This document shows, piece after piece, positions 29,625 to 36,644 of a stretch of 64,000 bases of DNA. The number at the start of each line of letters is the position of its first letter. The first letter of the stretch is position 1. The stretch is taken from the NCBI GenBank assembly GCA_044221725.1, contig JBGAON010000001.1, positions 352,001 through 416,000 of the forward strand, written 5' to 3'. Made by a program: the position numbers and the translations under genes. The notes below the pieces were generated by a model. The model worked only from the letters and a program-made list of their open reading frames with translations, was not told where the DNA came from and ran no database searches. The DNA comes from Elusimicrobiota bacterium. GTDB lineage: Bacteria; Elusimicrobiota; Elusimicrobia; F11.

Positions 29625-30902
29625 ATGAATGGACATCGGAGAACAACAGTTGATTTAAATTTTTGGGTGATGCCGAATGCGGGTATCGCCACGCGGCATA
29701 TTTTAAAAAGCTTTATCGATGAGTTTGAGCAGCTTCATCCGGAAGTTCGCGTCAATCTCGTAATCCACCCATGGTCGCTGGCGTGGAATCGGGTCATGGA
29801 TGTGGTGAAAGGACGCAACACGCGCAGTGTTCCCGACGTCATGCAAATTGGAACTACCTGGGTTACCACTCTTGGTTATCTGGGAGCGCTCGAAGAAGTC
29901 CCCGACGTTCCGTTCGGGCCACGGGATCAACGCATTGCCACATCCATCGGAGATTCAAGTGCGTTTTGTATTCCGTGGTTTATCGACATTCGGGTGCTGT
30001 ATTACCGAAAAGATATTTTTCAGGCGTTTCGAATTGACCCGGCACTTCTAAACGATTGGAAGGGGTTTGCGCGGGCGTGCGCGGAACTCAAAAAAAACCT
30101 TTCAAGCAAGTCCGGCAAATTCTCTCGGATCATTGCGCCCTTGGGGATTCCGGGGCAAAAGCCCGGCGTTTTGATGCACGACTTGGCCCCGTGGGTGTGG
30201 GAAGCGGGTGGCGACTTTTGCGCCGATGATTTGCGCGACACGAATTTAAATCAGGCGACGCTCATCGACGGATGCAAATTTTATTTTGACCTCATCGATC
30301 AAGGTTTTATGCCGGTGCCAAACAGCGCCTTGCCGGCCGGAAATTTTTTCACGGGACATTACGCCATGCAGTTTTCGGGCAGCTGGCCGATCGATTCTTA
30401 TTTGAATCCGACGTGGACCTACGCTGATCCCGACGTTGCAGCAAACGCCGGAGTGATGCCACTTCCCGAAGGACCTCAGGGGCGATACACGTTTTTGGGC
30501 GGCAGCAATTTGGCGGTACCGTCCTCGGCTCGGCATCGTGAAATCGCCTGGGAATTTGTGAATTTTCTTGTCGACCCTGTCCGGATCGTCAAGCATGCTC
30601 GGGGCATTGGTGCGTTACCCGCACGGCTGTCCGGTATGGAAAACTTGTTTGAACGGTTCCCGGCGGCCAAAGAAGTGTTTTTTAGTTCGTTCGGTTACGC
30701 GCGGCGTTTGCCCCGACTTGTGGAGCTCGGATCCATCGAGCAGATTATCTACAAGATGGGCGGTCGTTTGCTGTCCGCCGTTCGCGAAGGCTCTTACAAC
30801 CAGAAGCGACTCCAGCAAGAAATAAACACCGCGAACAATGAAATTCGCTCGTTGCTGTCGATACACCGGTATGGTACGCGAATTTCGCAGGTAACCGCAT
30901 GA
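29625..30902 (+). CDS. Family-1 sugar-binding-protein fold lacking a signal peptide
   Basis: FE..HP.V.V, PDVMQIGTTWV, PWFIDIRVLYYRKD, FLGGSNL; no hydrophobic h-region or lipobox from any in-frame start. Confidence 0.8.
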   Translation: MNGHRRTTVDLNFWVMPNAGIATRHILKSFIDEFEQLHPEVRVNLVIHPWSLAWNRVMDVVKGRNTRSVPDVMQIGTTWVTTLGYLGALEEVPDVPFGPRDQRIATSIGDSSAFCIPWFIDIRVLYYRKDIFQAFRIDPALLNDWKGFARACAELKKNLSSKSGKFSRIIAPLGIPGQKPGVLMHDLAPWVWEAGGDFCADDLRDTNLNQATLIDGCKFYFDLIDQGFMPVPNSALPAGNFFTGHYAMQFSGSWPIDSYLNPTWTYADPDVAANAGVMPLPEGPQGRYTFLGGSNLAVPSSARHREIAWEFVNFLVDPVRIVKHARGIGALPARLSGMENLFERFPAAKEVFFSSFGYARRLPRLVELGSIEQIIYKMGGRLLSAVREGSYNQKRLQQEINTANNEIRSLLSIHRYGTRISQVTA

Positions 30903-32461
30903 GCCAATTTCGTGCCCTCTTGGTATACGAAGAATTGTTGCGCTGTTTTCAGAACCACATGACGGCCTCGCACTTGGGAATGGAACAGGCCTTTGAGTCG
31001 GGTTTTGGCTATTTGGCTTCGCGTCTGCGCCTCGAGCATGTGAGTTTGTTTTGGTGGGACCCTCATCGGCACGCGTTTACCATGCAATATATTTTGCAAG
31101 ACGGCGCGCTCATGGAAGGCGAGGATGAGATCGTCGTTGATGAGACAAGCGCGCTGCGTCCGTTGATTCAAGAGCGACGTCCGGTCGTTGTTTCCGAAAA
31201 GAAACCGTGGGCTGCGTTTCTACCGCTACAAATTGGAACGGAATTGTTGGGGGCGGTTCGACTGCAGCGGGCGCATCCGTTACCGAAAGGAAAAGTTTTG
31301 CTTCCGCTTTCACCGCTTATTACTCCGCTCGGTTCCCGAGCGAACGGGAATGGCAAACACTCGACAAAAGATCGGCTCATGCCGTTTCTCGAAGACCTTG
31401 GCGACATATTCTCGATCCGATTTCATCAGTTGATTCGTGATGAAAAACACAAAAAGAAGGCCCAGGTTCTTCAAGCCAGCTCCGAAGTTGCGACCGCTGT
31501 TTTTGAGCGGCCGCGCTTGCGCGATATGTTGGAAGCGGTTTCCCGCAGCATTGTGCGAAATCTCGGGTTTGATCGCGTGCGCGTGTTTCTTGTGGACGTT
31601 GAGCAAACAAAACTCGAAGGAATTCTCGGACTGCAAATTCCCGACATGCTATTGGACATGACGGGCGAAAGTTATCCGCTGAGACCCAACACGAATTCGT
31701 TGGTTGACATGGTTCTCTCAGCAAAAGGGGCGTCGCACGTTCATCTCGTGGGGGGCCGTGTGGTTTACGTGCCGCTGATTGTGAATAGCCAAGTGATTGG
31801 TTGTTTGGCGGCCGATAACTTGCTCAGTCAGCAATTGATAGACGAGGAGCAAATGGAAGCGCTTCGCACACTTACCGGCCAGATAGGCATGGCCGTGTTG
31901 AACGCGCGACTCTTCGAAGACATTGAACAGCAAGCGATCACGGACGGATTAACAAAGCTTTATGTGCACCGGTACTTCCAGCAGCGTCTCAAGGAAGAGA
32001 TTGATCGCGCGGATCGCTACTCGTACAACATTGCTTTGATCATGATGGATGTCGATCACTTCAAGGCGCTGAACGACAGCCATGGGCATTTGATGGGCGA
32101 CAAGGCGCTCGAGTATTTGTCGCAAGTGATTCGAAGCAACATTCGCCGAATCGATTTGGCCGCTCGGTATGGCGGGGACGAGGTGGTGCTCGTTCTGCCG
32201 GAAATCACCGAACAGGAAGCGCTGCTGATGGGGGAGCGTTTGCTAAACGCAGTAAAAAAGGGAGTTCTTATTTCGTCGGATGGGGCGAAGGTGCAAATGT
32301 CGGTTAGCATGGGTGCGGCGCTTTATTCGACGGACGCCCGCAACGCCCGGGACCTCATTGATGCGGCGGACAAAGCCCTGTTTTGGTCGAAGAAAAATGG
32401 GCGCGGCAACATCTGTTTCTACCGAACGATCCCCGCGCCGACCGAAAAAACAACGGCTTAA
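30899..32461 (+). CDS. Cytoplasmic GAF-GAF-GGDEF diguanylate cyclase
   Basis: AITDGLT, MMDVDHFKALNDSHGHLMGD, RxxD I-site (RRID), RYGGDEV, ADKAL..SK..GR; ATGA overlap with upstream gene. Confidence 0.88.
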   Translation: MSQFRALLVYEELLRCFQNHMTASHLGMEQAFESGFGYLASRLRLEHVSLFWWDPHRHAFTMQYILQDGALMEGEDEIVVDETSALRPLIQERRPVVVSEKKPWAAFLPLQIGTELLGAVRLQRAHPLPKGKVLLPLSPLITPLGSRANGNGKHSTKDRLMPFLEDLGDIFSIRFHQLIRDEKHKKKAQVLQASSEVATAVFERPRLRDMLEAVSRSIVRNLGFDRVRVFLVDVEQTKLEGILGLQIPDMLLDMTGESYPLRPNTNSLVDMVLSAKGASHVHLVGGRVVYVPLIVNSQVIGCLAADNLLSQQLIDEEQMEALRTLTGQIGMAVLNARLFEDIEQQAITDGLTKLYVHRYFQQRLKEEIDRADRYSYNIALIMMDVDHFKALNDSHGHLMGDKALEYLSQVIRSNIRRIDLAARYGGDEVVLVLPEITEQEALLMGERLLNAVKKGVLISSDGAKVQMSVSMGAALYSTDARNARDLIDAADKALFWSKKNGRGNICFYRTIPAPTEKTTA

Positions 32462-32592
32462 GAATTTCCTTCGAAACGGCGGTCAAAAGTGGTAGAAAGC
32501 CGCCGCTAAAAACAACATCCCCCTCCCTAACAAAACGCGTTGAAACGACGGGTTCTTTTGCGCCCAAAATGTTTGCAGCTTTTTAACGATTT

Positions 32593-32626
32593 CTTAAGGA
32601 GATCTTAAGGGAGGGTTGTCTAGAAT
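32593..32626 (+). promoter_or_regulatory. CTTAAG-N5-CTTAAG direct repeat over the -35 region, with -10 TAGAAT
   Basis: CTTAAG at 32593-32598 and 32604-32609, weaker third copy TTTAAC at 32582; GGTTGTC-TAGAAT at 32614-32626. Confidence 0.55.
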
Positions 32627-32660
32627 CGAAGTAACCGATGTCGGACCTTCGGTGTCTTAG

Positions 32661-33650
32661 ATGAGTTGGATTATGGGCATGAAACGCAACGGCGTGCATT
32701 TCTTGAAATTCCTTTTCCTCGGGCTGATGTTGAACGCGGGGATTTCGTGCACAGCATCCGCTGCTTTTCAAGAAGCTCTCTGGGGCGCTCGCCCCGCTTC
32801 TCTTGTTGGTGCCTACACCGCTCTTGCCGATGACTCAAATTCGCCCGCCTACAACCCCGCCGGAATCAGCATGCTCTCGCAGAATGAACTCACGTTTATG
32901 TACGCCCGGCTTTTCTCGGGTGTTAATTTTTATGCCGGGGAAGACACCTCGCGTTTGGGTCTCGGTTATTTCAGTTTCGCTCCAAACATTCGGGACAAGA
33001 AATACGGCAGTTACGCGATCAGTTGGAGCAATTTCGCCGCCACAAATCTTTACCGTGAAGACACTCTTACTTTTACCGCCGCCGATTCGTACCAGTTTGA
33101 ATCGGTAAATTCCAAACCGATTTTATCGTATGGCGCGAATTTGAAATTCTTGCGCCGTTCGTTTTCGACCGATCAACGCACGGACCAAGATCCCGTGTTC
33201 AAAAACGGGCGGGATTCAACAGGGGTAACACTTGATGCCGGTCTTCAATTGCGCCCGAACTGGAACGTTTTGCCCGGTTTGCGTTTCGGTTTAACCGGAC
33301 AAAATTTAACCGAACCCGACATTGGTTTGGCCGCTACCGATCGCGTCCCGCTCCGCGTGGCTTTTGGCGCCGCTTACCAAGATCCGAACCTTCCGCTTTT
33401 TGGCCCCGCTGTGGAAATTTCTCAGCGCTCGGGTCGCACGCTCGTTACGGGCGCCTGGGAAACGTGGGTCTCAAAAAACACGCTCGCGTTTCGCGCCGGT
33501 GCGAACGCCGATGAAATCGGCGGCGGCGTGGGATATCAATTTCGTCTGCTAAGCAAAATGATGATGCGTTTCGATTACGCGATTCTGTGGCCGCTGAACA
33601 TTGACGGCACCAACGGAAGTCATCGCGTGTCGATCTCAGCATCGTTTTGA
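32661..33650 (+). CDS. PorV/PorQ-like outer-membrane beta-barrel
   Basis: GARPASL.GAYTALADD..SPAYNPAG N-terminal motif; C-terminal FDYA...HRVSISASF; start may be 32679. Confidence 0.75.
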   Translation: MSWIMGMKRNGVHFLKFLFLGLMLNAGISCTASAAFQEALWGARPASLVGAYTALADDSNSPAYNPAGISMLSQNELTFMYARLFSGVNFYAGEDTSRLGLGYFSFAPNIRDKKYGSYAISWSNFAATNLYREDTLTFTAADSYQFESVNSKPILSYGANLKFLRRSFSTDQRTDQDPVFKNGRDSTGVTLDAGLQLRPNWNVLPGLRFGLTGQNLTEPDIGLAATDRVPLRVAFGAAYQDPNLPLFGPAVEISQRSGRTLVTGAWETWVSKNTLAFRAGANADEIGGGVGYQFRLLSKMMMRFDYAILWPLNIDGTNGSHRVSISASF

Positions 33651-33710
33651 TCAGCAGATGAATGTTGTTCAGGCTTTGTAGAAAAGTAATTGGCTCAAAG
33701 GAGAGCAAAA

Positions 33711-34544
33711 ATGAAAAAGAAACTAGCAGTACTCGCGTTTGTCGCAACAGCGATCGGCGCATGGACGCCGTCGTGGGCGTTCCAGTTGGTTCAAATCGAA
33801 ACAGTAACCGCGACGGCGGTGACAGGAGGAGCGAAGGTTGCGCGGTTTAACTTCGTTATTCGTGACGCTGCGAACGTAAACGGCCCGAACCGTCCGAACC
33901 TCGGATGGTCCGGTGTTGATCCTCTGTCAACCCAATGGAAAATGTCAGATCAGGTTATCGTGATGGCTTCCACGGTTACCGACGCTGCCGGTGGTATTCA
34001 GATCCACACCGACAACACGGCGGCCGATGCATCGCCGAAGTTTGTTGATCCGACCCCGGGCAACCTCATTAATCCAGATTCGAACGCTGCCGGTTTGTTG
34101 CAGGGCACCTCGGGAGTAACGTCAACGGTTTTGCCGATGGCGTGGAGCATTAAGGACTCGTCGCGTACCGTTGAAAGTGGAACCGTCAATACCGGAATCG
34201 GCGCCGCCGATCCAAACAACGGCCCAATCACGGCGGTCTACAACACGAAGTATCAGTGGCTGTTCGTGACCGATAAATTCAACGTGCAAGGTATCGACTA
34301 CAGCGGTGATGGGCTCGTAACGCCTGGTCCAAATTCTCCGGACGCCGCTCCGTTCGTGAATGGCGCCAAGTACATCACGATGCGCAACTCGACCGGTATT
34401 CACTTCGGTCAAGCGGATGGTGAGTTTGCGTCGGTTCCTCAGGGACAAACGAACTATGTTTACTTCGAAGCCAACTTCTTGGGTTCGCAAGTGCAACAGA
34501 CGTATCAAACAACGACTCTGCGTCTGGAAGCCTTCATCCAATAA
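33711..34544 (+). CDS. Secreted beta-rich protein, putative major fibre/pilin subunit (WxL/pilin-like)
   Basis: AAAGGAG RBS, signal peptide ending SWA; body homologous to C-terminus of 36644-40621; final strand Y...LRLEAFIQ. Confidence 0.65.
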   Translation: MKKKLAVLAFVATAIGAWTPSWAFQLVQIETVTATAVTGGAKVARFNFVIRDAANVNGPNRPNLGWSGVDPLSTQWKMSDQVIVMASTVTDAAGGIQIHTDNTAADASPKFVDPTPGNLINPDSNAAGLLQGTSGVTSTVLPMAWSIKDSSRTVESGTVNTGIGAADPNNGPITAVYNTKYQWLFVTDKFNVQGIDYSGDGLVTPGPNSPDAAPFVNGAKYITMRNSTGIHFGQADGEFASVPQGQTNYVYFEANFLGSQVQQTYQTTTLRLEAFIQ

Positions 34545-34565
34545 CGATTGTTCGGAGTTTCGATC

Positions 34566-35363
34566 ATGATTAAAACGCCAGAGTGGTGGAACCGAAAGGT
34601 TCCGCCACTCGGCGGTTTTTTCACGTTGCTTCTTTTGGCGGGTGCGCCCCCTGCGGCGCGCGCGTTCGAAATTGCGCCGTCTTACCAGTTGTTAAAGGCG
34701 CAGCCCGGGAAATCCGTGGACTCGCAATTAACATTAACGAACACCGACCAGGAAGAAATCAGCGTTGAACCAGAAGCCAAGGATTGGCAATCGCTCGAGG
34801 TGAACCGTGGGATCAAGGTGGCTGATTGGTTGTCTGTGGATAAGAAAATGTTTTTCTTGAAGCCCGGCCAATCGCGAACCATTAAGTTCTCGGCGCGTGT
34901 GCCAAAAAATGCGCACGGCGAGCTTATGGGAATGCTTTCTTTTGCCACGAAAAAGGAATCGGCTCAATCCATCACGTTCAAACTGAGCTCAGCGGTTTAT
35001 GTCGAAGTGGTTGGTACACAAAAGATCGACGCGCACGTGGACGCTATTACGATTCAATTGTCATCAAACACGCAGGTGGGATTGCTTGTGATCAATCGAG
35101 GGAACATCCATGTTCGTCCTCACTCCTACGTTCAGATTCTCAACGAAAAAAAGAGCCCGGTAGGCAACGTGGTCATTGCGCAGAATGAGCCTGTTTTCCC
35201 CGGAATACCAAAGCCAATTTTCGGAACCATTAGAAATTTTCGTTTGCCCGCGGGGACGTACACCGCACAGATTTCGATGCAAGACACGGACCACAACATG
35301 GAATTTCAGCCCGTGACAAAAAAGTTTTCGCTTTCGGAGAAAGGGGAGTTGACCGAAAAATAG
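34566..35363 (+). CDS. Two-Ig-domain chaperone-like protein (PapD/DUF916-like)
   Basis: Signal peptide; FEIAPS...PG......LTN....., WLSV....F.LKPGQSR.I.F...VP, VINRGNIHVRP pattern. Confidence 0.65.
   Translation: MIKTPEWWNRKVPPLGGFFTLLLLAGAPPAARAFEIAPSYQLLKAQPGKSVDSQLTLTNTDQEEISVEPEAKDWQSLEVNRGIKVADWLSVDKKMFFLKPGQSRTIKFSARVPKNAHGELMGMLSFATKKESAQSITFKLSSAVYVEVVGTQKIDAHVDAITIQLSSNTQVGLLVINRGNIHVRPHSYVQILNEKKSPVGNVVIAQNEPVFPGIPKPIFGTIRNFRLPAGTYTAQISMQDTDHNMEFQPVTKKFSLSEKGELTEK
34576..34622 (+). terminator. Intrinsic terminator-like hairpin just after the putative major subunit gene, overlapping the start of the next ORF
   Basis: GAGTGGTGGAACC-GAAA-GGTTCCGCCACTC (13 bp, GNRA loop), extendable by CGCC/GGCG, followed by T7. 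Confidence 0.75.
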
Positions 35364-35369
35364 CTTTGT

Positions 35370-36644
35370 ATGAGAGACCGGAAACGTAAAAATAATTGGA
35401 GTGGCGGCTTCGCTCTGGTGCTTGGTTTGGCGCTGGCTGCTTTCTTGCGCCCTGTTTCTGCATTCCAGATTGTGCAGACCTCCAATGTTACGTGCCGCGT
35501 GGTGATTGGCGGAGTTCCTCCGGGCAAATTGAAGTTCCAGCATAATCCTCTTCAAAAGGTTTCCCCGGTGGACGATATGATCATTATCATGGGTCAGGCT
35601 GGTTCCGAAGTTTTACCGACCCAGCCCACGTACGAAGAGTCGCTTAAAACGAATTCGGATTTTGGGCCAGCAGAAGATCGGAAGATCCGCGTCGTTGTTC
35701 AATACCGATTTGTTCCCTCGCTCGATAATCAAGACTCCGTGCCGTTCGTAACGTCGAGCAATATCGAGGGTCCGGATCCTACACCGTTTGCTTTTCAAAT
35801 TGATCCGGCGTCCGTTCAACCCGGTTTCTTCCAATATCGGTTTGTCGCAACCGGATTGAATTTCGTGAACGGGCAGCTTGTCCCGATTTCACAAACAACC
35901 GGAGAATTGTTTACGGTTGGTGTGCAGGCCAACGCAAGCCAGGTTTTCGGCCCGGCGGGCGGCACGTTTATTCTTGCGAACGGAAACCAAGCAGTCGGCC
36001 AAACATCGTTGGCAATTCCTTCCGGTGTGTTTCGGCAGCCAACAACGGTTTCAATCGATGAGATTCCCTCGAATAGCCCCAGTGTTCCTGCTGGACTTAA
36101 CAATCCAATCAGCGTGTTTCATCTTGATTCCGACGGGCCGGCACGCGGAATTTTCCAGTTATCGCTTGTGTATCCGGACTTTGAATATCCGCGAGGTCGC
36201 GACGGGGTTGTTGATGGCACGAATATTCCGGTTCAAAACCTTTCAATCCAGTGGTGGGACGGGTTTGTGTGGCGCGGTGGCGGCGGGACAATCAACACAA
36301 AGACAAATACAATCTCGACGCGCATCAGCGCTTTGAGTTTCGTCGCAATAATGGCGGCGCCTGTGATGACGCCGGAGGATCGGCGACCGCTGGAACGCGT
36401 GATCACACCGAATAGCGACGGCATTAACGATGTGCTCAATTTTGCGTTTGGTGATTTGGCCGAAGATGTAAAAGTGGAGATTTTTGATGTCGGCGGTCAC
36501 CGCGTGCGAACGCTTCATAGTTTGACAAACATGCAATGGGATGGTCGCGATGATGACGGCAAAGTGGTGGAAAGCGGTGTTTACATTTATCAATACGACG
36601 TCAACAGCAAACGCATCAGCGGCGTCGTCGCGGTGGCGAAATAA
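35370..36644 (+). CDS. Secreted protein with ZU5-like region and C-terminal FlgD-Ig / T9SS-CTD-like domain
   Basis: Signal peptide ending VSA; GPAGGT...LAIPSG; ITPNSDGINDV, VEIFDVGG.RVRTL, WDGRDDDGKVVESGVYIY. Confidence 0.75.
   Translation: MRDRKRKNNWSGGFALVLGLALAAFLRPVSAFQIVQTSNVTCRVVIGGVPPGKLKFQHNPLQKVSPVDDMIIIMGQAGSEVLPTQPTYEESLKTNSDFGPAEDRKIRVVVQYRFVPSLDNQDSVPFVTSSNIEGPDPTPFAFQIDPASVQPGFFQYRFVATGLNFVNGQLVPISQTTGELFTVGVQANASQVFGPAGGTFILANGNQAVGQTSLAIPSGVFRQPTTVSIDEIPSNSPSVPAGLNNPISVFHLDSDGPARGIFQLSLVYPDFEYPRGRDGVVDGTNIPVQNLSIQWWDGFVWRGGGGTINTKTNTISTRISALSFVAIMAAPVMTPEDRRPLERVITPNSDGINDVLNFAFGDLAEDVKVEIFDVGGHRVRTLHSLTNMQWDGRDDDGKVVESGVYIYQYDVNSKRISGVVAVAK

Noticed and set aside
32462..32660. 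c-di-GMP riboswitch between the cyclase and the fibre operon
   Set aside because: No GEMM-like GCAAA/GNRA/receptor architecture recognisable
33711..35363. Classical chaperone-usher operon or Firmicute WxL (Csc) cluster
   Set aside because: No usher, LPxTG protein or sortase in the window; subunit lacks literal WxL motifs and the pilin disulfide; kept only as analogies
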